NCBI GenBank assembly: GCA_002256025.1
Contig: NKIB01012863.1
Coordinates: 1-64,000, forward strand
Length of the DNA: 64,000 nt
Direction: 5' to 3'
From: Asterionella formosa
Taxonomy: Eukaryota
The notes under the pieces were generated by a model. That model ran no database searches and was not told the origin of the DNA. It saw only the letters and a program-made list of their open reading frames with translations. How positions within the stretch are numbered: position 1 is the stretch's first letter; each line of letters opens with the position of its first letter. A program made the position numbers and the translations under genes. Below, piece after piece: positions 51,959 through 64,000 of this stretch.

Positions 51959-52999
51959 ATGGCAATTGTAATGACTGGCTCCAGAAGTGCAAATGGCGAA
52001 GAACGCGAGGATGCGGATGAGTTCTGCTTGCGTGAGAAACGTGCGGAAGAGGAACGACGAGACTTGGATGGTTCGAGTGAGGTGACAATGCCAAGTGCGG
52101 AGGAAGCGAACATAAAGGAGGCAACGACAATGATTGTCATGAGAGAACCGCACGATGTACCACATCCATCGACTTGGCCGAATCATCCCATTCTGCTTTG
52201 TGTCAACACCCCGGTTTCTCCGCACCTACAGGTTCCAACGTTTGGGACTGGACCATGTCCAATTGGTGTGCCATTCCCGTTTCATTCGGAACTCTTTGAA
52301 GGGCATTGTCTGGTTAGACTTAAGGATGTGGCAAGTGATGACGTCAAGGGTGACGAAGACTATTTTCGCGGTCGCAGACGACTTTTTCAAATGATTGTGC
52401 AAGGACGTTTTAAGGAGCCCTTGGTCGTGTCTGATGTGCTGACTGGTCACGAGTTTGGGCGGCCACTGAAGCACTTGCCACATGCTTGGGTGATCTCTGC
52501 TGGAACAACGCTAATTGGAACACTGGCACCAGGAGCTGACATTAGAGTTGGAACAGAACAACCCTCGTGTATGGCAATTTTGGCAGCCACATCTCAGACA
52601 GTACGTGTAGATCCAAAGGGAATGCAACCTGATATAACAAGTGCCGACATTCAGGAGGACTGCACCATCTTGGGTGGCGCTTTCCAAAACCGAACCATGA
52701 CTGCTTCCGGTCGCAAAAAGCTGCTGTCACAGCCAAACCGTTCCAAAGATTACACCTTTGATACGGAATCGGTGTATACGTTTGATTTTTACCAGTCACT
52801 TTTGGATGTGAGTACATATTCCTTAGACGTGGGTTTTGCCAAGCTTGGCTTGACGCCTGTCTTGGATGGCCAACCCATACAGTGTCTAAGCAAGACTAGG
52901 GATGGAAGGTACCTTTGGTCGTTTCAACTTTGGCACGAAAAGCTCTTGCCAAACAACATTGAACCGGATGCAATAATGCCACCAACAACAAGCTCGTGA
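51959..52999 (+). CDS. DUF1769-domain-like protein
   Basis: Motifs SELFEG, YFRGRRRLFQMIVQGRFK, GHEFGRPL, FDTESVYTFDFY, LDGQP and YLWSF. Confidence 0.75.
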   Translation: MAIVMTGSRSANGEEREDADEFCLREKRAEEERRDLDGSSEVTMPSAEEANIKEATTMIVMREPHDVPHPSTWPNHPILLCVNTPVSPHLQVPTFGTGPCPIGVPFPFHSELFEGHCLVRLKDVASDDVKGDEDYFRGRRRLFQMIVQGRFKEPLVVSDVLTGHEFGRPLKHLPHAWVISAGTTLIGTLAPGADIRVGTEQPSCMAILAATSQTVRVDPKGMQPDITSADIQEDCTILGGAFQNRTMTASGRKKLLSQPNRSKDYTFDTESVYTFDFYQSLLDVSTYSLDVGFAKLGLTPVLDGQPIQCLSKTRDGRYLWSFQLWHEKLLPNNIEPDAIMPPTTSS

Positions 53000-53294
53000 A
53001 ATGGGTCTCGATTCTCTGACTGCCCAAGACATTGTTTCCATGGAGCTCATACACTATTTTAGTGTTGCCACAATTTTTGAAAGAAAGAAACGTTTCAACC
53101 CTTGAGACTTCATATTATTCTGATTTCTTTTTTCTCGACAGTTCTACCGGTAGTATAACTGGGACTGTTGTAAAATGGCTGAAATGTCTAAATGAGCAGG
53201 AATGTAGCAAACAAACAGTCTAAAGAAGATATTCACACAGTTTTCTCACAGTGACACCCAAAAACTACTTTCATTCATACCATCTATCGCAAGT

Positions 53295-53984
53295 CTACCA
53301 CTTGAATATCTTTAGTGGTGCCAATTGTCCCAAATAGCTATCTGGCGACAGCCGTGCACCCATACCGGCCAAAATCATGTGAAATCCAGCTTCAGGGATT
53401 TTTTGATAAGCGGCCTCGAATAATGGTGCCGGCAAGTTCCATCGAATGACACCCCAACTGGCATCGGCCCAATCTGCCTTGCGAACGGCATTGACTATGT
53501 CGTTTATCGCCTCTGAGCTACCCCCGTTGTAAGGGGTAACTTTGTGGTGCCACAAAATGATTTCTTTGGCAATATCAATCTGTTCTTGATCCCAAATACC
53601 TTCCTTTCGAACATGGAGTTCCATTTGTGCAACACTAGGATCAATATAATCCAGAGCACCATCAGTCCACAATGCAACATCATGAAAGGCAAGTGCCATG
53701 GCAACAATGTTCATGGCGTTGGGGTACACCTCGAATACCGATGGTGGAATGAAAAACTGAGTAAATGTCAAAACACGGAGGCAGTGGTTCCGGTAGGCTT
53801 CGAAATCAGCACCAATGTCTTCCTTTACCATTTTGAGTTCTCCGTCTAGCATATAATGCTGATTGAAGACTCCAATATTGCTAAGATCGACACCAGTATC
53901 CAAACCGAAGAGCCATGGATTACTAACGGCAAAGGCCGATAATAATACAACGAAGCTGGCACCCAGAATGGCAGCAATCATCAT
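53295..53984 (-). CDS. HD-domain-like phosphohydrolase with N-terminal signal/anchor
   Basis: Motifs YRNHCLRV, AFHDVALW, WHHK and RKADWAD give an H...HD...HH...D metal-binding pattern. Confidence 0.75.
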   Translation of the reverse strand: MMIAAILGASFVVLLSAFAVSNPWLFGLDTGVDLSNIGVFNQHYMLDGELKMVKEDIGADFEAYRNHCLRVLTFTQFFIPPSVFEVYPNAMNIVAMALAFHDVALWTDGALDYIDPSVAQMELHVRKEGIWDQEQIDIAKEIILWHHKVTPYNGGSSEAINDIVNAVRKADWADASWGVIRWNLPAPLFEAAYQKIPEAGFHMILAGMGARLSPDSYLGQLAPLKIFKW

Positions 53985-54349
53985 GGCATGAAGGATCTGG
54001 AGGAAAAGATTGATGTGATCTGAAGCGAGGAAACGGTACTGGTACCGAATTTGCTTTCGGATCTGCTCTTCGAGTTCAGGCTGAAACTTACGGAGCCCGA
54101 AATGCGAAGATCGAATATTGCGAAGCTATCGCGGCAAAATCTTCGATCTTCTTATTCGGGAAATTTTATGGCCATCTTACGGTCCCAATGATTAAATAGT
54201 ACGTCAATCCATACGTCAAACGACCGATCTCGAGAATTAAATTTATTTCCTACATGAAAATTAGTACCGGTAGTCTCGTCCGTAGGAATATTCTAGTAAT
54301 AAATGAAAATGAAAATTGTCAACACTCAATGCTCCATCACCATCGTTGC

Positions 54350-56270
54350 TGTTGTTGTATGGTGATTGGCCTTCACATCAGCCTATCTCCTTTCTCCTCT
54401 GCTCCCACCACCAGCATCCCCCTATTATCACAATGGCGACTCAAGGACCAACGGAATACTCAACTGAGGAGGAGCATTCCTTTTGCGACTGTATTCGATA
54501 TTGGATAGGCGGCCCCATTCAATTAATTGCACATGCTTCGAAGTGTGCAGATTGCCATTATATTTGCTGCTGGTTGTGAAATTTAACACAGGTTTGCATC
54601 TAGTAGGGAGGAGAAGAAATTTCGAGATATGGCTGAAGCGTATTTTCGAATTCTGGATGAAGACCTTGAGGATGATACATGTGATACTGCCATAAAAACT
54701 CAACTGAAATACTATGCATGGGGGTCCAAGGATAAATCGAGCATGACTGGCGATACCTTATGGAGAAAGTGGCAGGAGATTAGAAACAAAGTTCGCAACA
54801 GTATCATTTCTAGTTCAAACATCGCCCAGGATTTGCACAAACTTCCAAGTGGACAAGGTTTGAAGGTTTGAAGGATGCATATTTCAAATTTGTCTGCAAT
54901 ATTTACAAGCAAAGTTTCCAAAAGAAGAATCCAATTTGTCAAATCATGATTGATGGAGTAGATCTACCTGGTCAATCAACCAGCATTTGGTGTTGTGGTG
55001 CTTGCTTTTCTATGCACAGCTCTGATGTTCAGGAACTAATTAGGCAACATGAATACTCATGAATATATTTTACTAATATATAAAGTTACATAATATATAT
55101 TAAGCTATCTTACTAACTTGCTTGTTACTACATCTTTCACGAAATTCTTCATAATGATCAACAAGTAGTTGAACTCTATTCCACCATTGACGTTGTTTAC
55201 CCCCAGCAACTATTTCATTCAAGAAGTTGCTGTGTGAAGTAACATGCAATTCCATGCAGTCACCTCACACAGCAGTATGCGCAACATGCTGTGTGTCAGA
55301 ACTTTCACAGTCAAGGTAACCATCACTTTCTAATAGATTGTTATGGAGCATACAGCATGATGTGAACGCATTTTCGATACTACTATACTCAGGTCGAGAC
55401 AAGTTGTGCTTGTCATTTCTTGTTCCTGGGTGTAGGTAGTAGCTGATTGATAAAGTCTTTCTTCTGTGATCAGAAACCACCTCAAAAACAACTGAAGGAT
55501 GCCACTTGGACCCTTTAAATATATTCTTCTGGTGGTAGGCAGGACATTGATTCCATCCAATGTGCACACAATTGACTGAGACTATACAACCAGGAAACCC
55601 AATGGAACTGTAATCATTTAGAATTCGTTGCAGTTGGTCATCATCTTCCTCTTCCTCTCTCAGTATGTATACATAGCTATTCATCCTTCTTTTCTGCAAA
55701 CTTTGAAGTCCAGTGAAAGAAAAATTTTCGGTGTACTTCTTTAGAGATGTCAGTTTGAATGTACACATACAAATGGAAAGCACCGGTTGCTAGAGTGTAG
55801 AGAACACCCACCAGGAGGAGCAACTCAAGGTCCTTGCACAGAAGATTGGTGCAATCTTTCCTGTGCAGATCATACCAACCATTTGATATAGTCATATCAT
55901 GATACAGTTTCAAGAATATGTCGAATGGAATACGAAAAATTATGCGAAAGAGTCTTGCTTCTCATGTGTTCATGTCCAATTGTAAGATGCACTTTTCGTT
56001 TGTTAGGAACTTCTTCCACCAGCATGACTCTTCTCTTGACACCAGAGGTTGTTTCTTTCTTTTTCGCTTAGCAGATGTTGTTGGATGGCGATTGCTGATT
56101 CCCTCTTTCAGATTGAACTTCCAAATGGAACTGAGAAACCAGCTCATTTTGCAACGCAGCTGGCAAGGCTGCTGGTAGTTGCCATGACAACCATTGTTGC
56201 TTCCATGGCTGCAAGCACTGTTGATAATGTGCCAGAAAGGTTGATGATAGTGTTGGCGGAGTCGTCATGT
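54350..56270. mobile_element. Second degenerate PIF/Harbinger element: transposase remnant (-, about 55140-56200) facing a Myb/SANT-like remnant (+, about 54430-54950)
   Basis: Transposase motifs ELLLLVGVLYTLATG, GFPGCIVSVNCVHIGW, FEVVSDHRRK, PGTRNDK and CCMLHN. Accessory ORF has YSTEEE...LWRKWQEIRNKV. Termini not identified. Confidence 0.75.
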
Positions 56271-57703
56271 TACAAATTATTATCATAATAAAAATATTAA
56301 AGTAAGATTTAATATATTAATAATATGTAATAATAATGACAATAATACTACAATAGAAGTATCGAAGTATTGAATACTATACTACGTTGCTTTTTGTAGT
56401 TTCAATACTGTATCACACCAAGACTCTGATTCAGATTATGATGTTTGGCTCTAATTGGTTCTGATTCTGGTGTTTTGGAGACACTGTAGAAAAGGCCATT
56501 TTGAGTGGAATTTCTGGACAATGATAGCTTAACATTGGCTGGGGCTGAAGGCTTTTTAGAGACATAGGTAACCTTCAAATAGCATCAGTATATAACTTCT
56601 GGCGAGAAACTGCAGAAAAGAACTTGGTTTTTTACTTTGCCAAATAAAGTGATTTCCCCCGAAATTTCTAGTCTTATTAGCATTGTAAAAAACGATGTTC
56701 ATTTCTGCAGTTTCTCGCCAGATCCTATATCCTGACAATACTTAGTGTTGACCTATACCCCTACTTGATCAATGACTGTATCTATGTAAGCATATGGAAA
56801 GGGTGTATATTGGTGAAAGCTCCGTTTAGCAATATACATTTATGTTTTACTTGTACGAAGTGTGTGTTTGAGTACTCTGACTCAATATTATGGTTTTTAA
56901 CCCTACCTCTAAACTAGGGTTGAAATGCAGGAACCTTAGCTAAGCAAGTAAGTGTATCATACTGTAAAGTAGGATTCCTCATGCCACGACGTGTACTGAC
57001 TCACTATGTATTGACTCAGATGGGACTTGGGTCGGAGAATTTAGCCAATCAATGGGATCCAATTCAACACCTCAAAAATGACTCAGTAGGTACACCCAGG
57101 AATCATCAAGGCTCGCTCGTCGATGAAAGCCACCATACATAACGGCACTCTGTACCTGGTACCATACCAGGTACCGTTGGTACATGATATAAGTGCAGTA
57201 CCTGGGAGTACCAGTTACCGGTACTTATTTGCTTCCCAGTTCTCCTCATCGTTATGGCACAGGAGAGGAGCTCCACATAAGTTGCTTTCGTCACCAACTT
57301 CGGTTTATGCATCATTGGCTGGAACAAATAACAAGGGTCCATCAAGTCGGGCAGAGTACAATGAACCCTGGTAACAAGGACCCGGTTTTTCCACCTGTGC
57401 CAGGTCCGTGAAAATTTCACCCCACCCCACATGATTATCAGCATGCATGCTTTATTTTGCTTGCGTTGCAGATTTGCGCTTGTTATGCTTACAGCGCTAG
57501 CTACACAGCTACACCCGTTGCTATTATACATAGCTAGGTTTTGTTCGACTCAAGCAACAAGTCAGCTAATACCTGTTTGCTGGCAGCATCTGACGAAACA
57601 AGCAGACTAATTTTGCTGCTCACAGTTGCCATTAAGCCCTAGTTTGTTATTTCCTCTCTTGTTACTACTCGTTTCTTCACGCTGTCGAGCAATCAGAATT
57701 ACC

Positions 57704-58424
57704 ATGACACGATCCACATGCCTCGTCGCTGCTGTCCTCATGGGATCCGCTTCTGCTTGGGTTCCTTCTGTTTCCTCTCGGAGATCGACGCAACGGCAAA
57801 TGGGTCTGTTCGACGGAGTCAAGGAAGCCTTTTCTGCTCCTGCTCTTGAAAAATCGACGATTAGTTCCGAACGAGAGACACCTATTGATCGATGGATGGG
57901 GTGGTCGGTGGTGTCGGAAAATGTGCCTCAACAACAAGCTAGTAAGTTTGCACAAGCCCTTGTGCTTGTTGGAGCATTATATTCTCTCCTGCGACCCTGA
58001 CTGTTCCACTCATCAGCTTCTAACACCTTGTTCCTTGCGATTCACAGCTCCCGCAGACTTTGTGGACTCCATGGACTCCAAAAACTACATCGCCGTGGAG
58101 TTGCAAAAACCAATGGGAATTGTCTTTGAAGAAAACGACGAAGACTTTGGTGGCATTTTCGTGCAAGCCTTGAAGGAGGGCGGCATTGCAGCAGCACATG
58201 GAGTTGTGCAACCAGGAGATCAATTGGTGGCAGTGGACACCACGAAGGTGTCTGGCATGGTGTTTGATGATGCACTGGGGAAAATTGTTGAGGCCAAGGG
58301 TGAAACGACCAAATTGACCTTGTTTCGAGGATCGGCCAAACAATTCTATGGTCCGACAGGTGCGAGTCAGGCGTGGTTGGATGAGTTTGTGGCGGGAGGA
58401 TCAGTTTCCCCCTCGTCAGCGTAG
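57704..58424 (+). CDS. Plastid-targeted PDZ-domain protein; intron 57942-58047
   Basis: Signal peptide followed by ASAW; PDZ pattern [11 protein letters not shown]...GDQLVAVD. Confidence 0.85.
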
Positions 58425-59212
58425 AATGGAGATAGGCGTTATACTACGTTAGTGAACCATTTATAAAAATACTTAGTAACACTATTAGTTCATCTTGAAT
58501 AGTTGCTGTGAGCAAAATCTCAAGTACAATCCGCTTTTTATTTGCAACTACATTGACATTTGGGAGTGACTGAACTGAGTGGCATCAAGAGAGCACTGTC
58601 GCTGTTGAACAACAAATCTCCAAGCAGAGTGAAAACGAAGTGTGTGTGTCATTAGCATTACTAGGTTTCGTTAAATCGTTACTTCGGCCACTTGACCGTT
58701 AGAGAAACCAATAAATTCAAGCTTCAGAATTCAACCGTATTCTTCAATGTGGTCCAAAATGCTAGGGAAAAGATATTCCTCAACGGAGCAAGGAAATTTT
58801 AGGATGTCGTTGGTGTCGAATTGTGATTGTACTTGTATTGGTTTTGATGAACTGCCAAAAGAGAAAAAAAGACTGGTGCTACCCAAGATTTGCCATTCTT
58901 ATGACAATTTATATACCGGTATACATAGGGAGAGATTCAAGTGAAAGAATAATAATGAGACCGACTGAAAGTTACTGTTGGCTGCTAGTATTGTCACCAG
59001 GTTGACCATAAAAGCTGGTGATCTGGAAAAGGAGGTTGTGAAGAATGGAACAGCAGCGAATCAAAATACAACCAGTAATGACTAATATGCGCATTACCCA
59101 TGAAACAAAAGAGCTCTAGTGACTCCGTCGTACACAATCCTCCATTGAAAAAACCACATACGAGAAGTCACGAAGTTGTCGAATCCCTAGTAGCTCAAAT
59201 GAATCTAGAAAT

Positions 59213-59995
59213 TTATGCGTGTGCCTTGACAAAAGCCTTCGTCTCTTCAGTCTCGACGCCAGACTCAGCAAGGAACTTGGCAATCAATGATTGGGCCTTC
59301 TTGATGCGCTTCACGGAATCATCTGTAGCTTCCTTCTCGACCATACCAGTTCCACCCTCCAAGATGGCTTGAGTGGATCCAATCAAAGTGCATGCCTAAA
59401 ATAAATAAAGGGTGAAACAACTGTATGAGCTTGGTTCATCCAGCAAAATAGTGACTTATACAAACTCCATACCTTCTAAACTTACCTGTTTCACATATCC
59501 CACGCGAACGTCGCCGTCGGCATTGTTCAAAACTGATTTGGAGATATAGTTTCTAGCGTATCCGGGGTAGAAACTAATGTCCTTGTTAAAAAGGCGGATT
59601 GCCGTCAAAGCAGCTTCGGTGGTATCGGGGTTTTCGATCTTCGCGGCGAGTCTGTCTAGCGATACTCCCTATAGAGTGATGGTTGCGTCAATGATTGGTG
59701 AGAAAATAATGAACAGTAACCATGGAAATACAACCACCACAGCTATCTAATTACTCACCAACATGTAGATTTGCTTCAAGTCATCAAACTTTGGAACATA
59801 GTCCGCTCCTCGTACAGAAGCACTTGCAACTGAAGGCATGAAAGCAGTTGCAGATGCAGCAGTGAAGGCGATCTGGGCAAACTGACGACGTCCAACCTCA
59901 GCCTTCAATTGAGTGGATGCACGAGCATCATGAGAAGGAGCAAAGGCCGCAGTAGAGCCAGCGGCAAAAAGAGTGAAAAAGGCAGAGATTTTCAT
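59213..59995 (-). CDS. Probable thylakoid-lumen protein of unknown function; introns at about 59670-59758 and 59397-59486
   Basis: Tripartite presequence: signal peptide, AAFAP, then RR with a hydrophobic stretch and ASA. GT-AG introns join helical exons. Confidence 0.8.
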
Positions 59996-60580
59996 GGTGA
60001 ACGGATATTTTTGTCTAGGAAATCTACCTTGTCGAGATTGGTTTATGAAGTTGATCCCTTGCAGTTGAAGTGCCGACGTCCACAGCAACAATGGTATCAC
60101 TGTGTTGCCTGCTTTTTCCTAGCAGAAGCAAAGGCCAAGTGGAGCCGCACCCGCACGCTCAGATTGGTGTCAGACCACACACGATATACCGTACCCTGGT
60201 ATGTACCAGGGAAACAGGTGGTACTCCGAGCACTCAATCAGCACTCAGAGTACCAGGTACTATATTACCAGTACATAGCTGCTAACAATAATGATGATGC
60301 CAAAAATCAAGCAAATTAAAGATCGCCAAAAGAACCCGGAAACTCTTATACCCGTCGACCGGTATGATACCTCGCCACCGCCGCCCCGATTACTGGGAGT
60401 ACCTGTCATATTGCATACCATATGTAGGAAATCTCAGGGCAACATCGAGTTTGGAATTCCTCTCTTGAGATTTCATCGGATACCGGTACACGTATTCATC
60501 CAAGTTTATATTAGACAGTTTCATATCAGGATATACATCAAAAGCTTAATAGATTGCTTATGGTACATTACTAACCATCT

Positions 60581-61527
60581 TTAAAAGTTGACATCACGCT
60601 TGATGCTGACATTGGCTCCGTTGATGTTGGTTCCATCAATTGGCATGTTCACATTTGCGGTCCAAGCATTGTCCTTCCATTCGACATCCAAAGAGTCATT
60701 GGGCTTGAGAGTAGCGGTCAAAGAGGAATCATCGGAAAGACGACGCTCCCATTCGACAGACAGGTCTCCTCCGCTAGTAATAGTCGGGGCAACGCGGTTC
60801 TTTGAATCCACTTGTTGGGAGATGGTGACTTCTTGGGCACCGCTAGATGCAGTAAGTTTCACGTTGGTGTCTCCATTGCCATAGTTAATGCGAACATCGG
60901 ATTCTTTAGTGTCCACGTTGTATCTGGGGTTGACAGTAATGCGAGCACCGTTGGAATCGAATCCCTTAGTAGCCTCAATGCTCTGAACGCTAAAGTCTTT
61001 TCCAGCCGATGCGGTCAATCGAACAGACAGGTCATTTTCTGCGTTGTTAGCATCGATCTCAACATCGGCGCTGTCCAAGCTCTGGGCATCAACCTCAGCA
61101 CGGGCGGTAACTCCCCATCCAGAGATATCAGTCTTGGCCTTTCCCCAGATTGATCCTGCGATCCAAAGAGAAGCAAAATGAAAAGTTAGTAAAACATCGT
61201 AATTATAGCAACGATTCATTGCAATGCACTTACGAGGAAGGGAAGCAATATCTGAGGTTGGACGAGCCGCAGCTTCAATACCGTACGATAGGTCAAGATC
61301 ACCAGACTTCATGCTATTTTCCCATGAAACGGTTGGGTCAAGTCCATCCAACCCGTTGAAGTTTCCATCGCGGACAGAGATCTGAAATAGGAAAATAGGC
61401 CGGTTGAGGATTGTGTTGATGGTGCAACAAGGTAACTCTTAACATAGGTATGTCTTACCGAGAGCTGAGGCTTGCCAGCAGCGGCAGTTCCAATGACGGC
61501 AAGGAGGGCAATGGCGGAAAGCTTCAT
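60581..61527 (-). CDS. Signal-peptide beta-strand-rich protein, paralog A; introns 61382-61458 and 61156-61233
   Basis: MKLSAIALLAVIGTAAAG; the spliced frame is highly similar to paralog B and ends KRDVNF. Confidence 0.88.
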
Positions 61528-62277
61528 GATTTGCAATTTAAATTTAAGTGTTTGACTTGAAATTGTGAGCTTAGTGTGGAGCATTGCTTCAAAAGGTTTT
61601 CCCTCATCTACCGGTACTATATCCCGTACCAAAATACGGAGTATCACTAATAATTTTTGGGAAAGTGTCAACTACTTTAAGTAATGACAGCTATATTAAT
61701 TTTTGAAGGTGTCAACATAAACTTCAAAATAGTTTGCAGTAACGTTTTTTCGTACTATCCCAGTACACTTGGACACTGACTCATGCAGAGATGTCAAGCT
61801 TGCGGACTAGCCAACGTCATTTTTTAAAAATAAATATCTACAGTTCCGAAGAGTGTATTGATATCTTTCTTTGTGAAAGCTGCCAAAAGCAAATGGCAAA
61901 TCGAACCAAATGGATTTGCCTGTGACATCAATTTCGTGGCTTGTTCGACTACATGATTCCAAGACGATGACAGCTGATGATAATCTGACCTATTGGAAAG
62001 GAGATTTTGGAAGGAATCCACTCCAAACTCGATTCGGTTTGGTCAATATTTGATAGCGCCGATTGACAAGGATTTCATCAACTTCCAGTTGAATCTTTCT
62101 AAAGTGTTGATTGTCCCAGCTTCGCTGCTTTTTGGTCGATGGAGAGTTCAATAAGAACCCTGGTGTCAAGGAATGGAATCTTCACCCGACTTACCTTCGT
62201 ATCTCCTCACTCAACTCCCGTTAGCGCTCTCACTTGTTCACGACCCCACTCTCCTGAATTCATTCAATCGATTCGCC

Positions 62278-63374
62278 ATGAAGTGCTCAATCCTTGCTCT
62301 CCTTGCCGTCATTGGAAGTGCTGCTGGTGCTAAACCTTCACTCGCGGTGAGTCTATCGTGTTTGAAGTCTCCTTGTTCCAATCGGTATATCGTCGCCTTA
62401 ATCTACCAGTGTCAAGGGAGCGTCGGATTCTAGTTCACAATCGTGTTCGCACAGTTTCATTGTAAGGCTGTGGGTAGCTCAAATGGGGATCATTTTCTCT
62501 TTCATCTACTCCTCAAGTCAAATCATTTGACTTTGATTGTGATCGTCCCAGATATTCAAAATAAAAATCCCATTCAAATGGCCTTCTCAATATGTTTTAT
62601 ACTATGAAGTTGTCAAAATGCTAATCTGTGTCGTTCGCTTTTCTTCCACAGATCTCCGTTCGCGATGGAAGCTTCAACGGACTCGACGGTCTTGACCCCA
62701 CCATCTCTTGGGAGCATTCTGGAAAGGCTGGTGACATGGACATTTCCTACGGAATCGAAGCGGCTGCCCGCCCTACCTCTGATCTTGCATCCCTGCCTCG
62801 CACAATCTGGGGTAAGGCCACGACTGACATTTCTGGATGGGGATTGTCTGCCCGTGCCGAGGTTGATGCCCAGAACATGGAAAGCGCTGATGTTGAGATC
62901 GATGCCAACAACTCTGAGAACGACCTGTCTGTTCGATTGACCGCATCTGCTGGCAAGGACTTTAGTGTTAAAACCTTGGAAGCCACCAAGGGGTTTGATT
63001 CCGACGGAGCTCGTGTCACTGTCACTCCTCGTTTCAATATGGAGACTGAGGAGAAAGACATTGTCGTCAACTATGACAATGGAGACACCAACGTCAAGCT
63101 TACGGCGTCTATCGATTCCCAGAAAGTTACCGTCTCCCAGCAGATTGATTCTAACAACCGTGTGGCCCCTACCATTTCAAGTGCAGGAGACCTCTCGGTC
63201 GAATGGGAGCGCCGTCTTTCCGATGATTCCTCTTTGACCGCCACTCTCAAGCCCAATGACTCTTTGGATGTCGAGTGGAAGGACAATGCTTGGACCGCAA
63301 ATGTGAACATGCCAATTGATGGAGCCAACATCAACGGAGCCAATGTTAGGATCAAGCGTGATGTCAAATTTTAA
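62278..63374 (+). CDS. Signal-peptide beta-strand-rich protein, paralog B; intron 62347-62651
   Basis: MKCSILALLAVIGSAAGA; one GT-AG intron; ends KRDVKF. Confidence 0.88.
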
Positions 63375-64000
63375 AACTCTCTCAAATTGCCGGTCATTTT
63401 AATTTTCTACTTTGAATTCTGCTACCATCGCCCCCCTACTTGATTATTTCATCAATACAAGGCAAGCACTTCCACCCCCCGCCCCATGTATCAGCAAAAA
63501 CGCATTCGCTAACCGTCGTGACAGAAAACAACCCAAGTCATCAAGGACTCTCTCGCATGCGTCAGTATGATATACTGTGTGTTTGTAACTATCTAAATAC
63601 TAAAGATGTCATTACTTTAAAGTTTTCATTTGTGGTTCCTACTTTCGAGGTTATTAGGAGATCATGATACAGCCACCGGGTAGTTATAAGCGAAATGAGG
63701 CAGGGATATGTTCTTCCTTTGCATGTCCTAAATGTTGTTCTACCCTTTAATAAATGAGCATTGTTCAACAAGCTTGGCCATTGATTGACTTCGACGAACG
63801 AGCAACTGTACCGGTATGCCTGTCAATCTAGATCCGTCCGATATCGTGTATTGGTTACAGCAGCCAAGCACTCCCCTCGCCTTCTCAATGTCATAAAATA
63901 AATATAGAATGCATACCGTATAGCTATCTAAATATTCATATTGCCTTTCATCTGTTACTGGAAGATAGTACTCCTAATAGCGTCCTTTGTTCAACCCGGC

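Noticed and set aside
59213..59995. Naming the lumen protein PsbQ' or Psb31
   Set aside because: The mature sequence does not match the motifs I recall for those proteins; left unnamed.

Overview
Eukaryotic genomic DNA, very probably a diatom (inferred from short GT-AG introns, signal peptides followed by the AF/AW plastid-targeting motif, and diatom-type transposons). About 0.8-25.8 kb is mostly nested, decayed mobile DNA. It holds a TRIM-like mini LTR element fused to a Copia RT/RNase H fragment, a 5.1-kb PIF/Harbinger element and its MITE derivative, a MULE-like MITE with a 10-bp TSD inside a tyrosine-recombinase (DIRS-like) retrotransposon, Copia remnants and a tRNA-headed SINE-like repeat. 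About 26-64 kb is gene-dense. It encodes a GT10 fucosyltransferase, plastid pyruvate carboxylase, COX4-like, YgfZ-like, MFS, DHHC, LRR receptor-like, Cys-rich secreted, PhyH-like, DegP, DUF1769, HD-like and PDZ proteins, a probable thylakoid-lumen protein, and a divergent paralog pair of signal-peptide beta-barrel-like proteins. The most notable signals are a 2OG-Fe(II) dioxygenase-like cargo ORF in the Harbinger element, an ~87-bp MITE family inserted at CWG sites in GGTACC islands, and the beta-barrel-like paralog pair. All family assignments come from motif recognition by eye; no searches were run.
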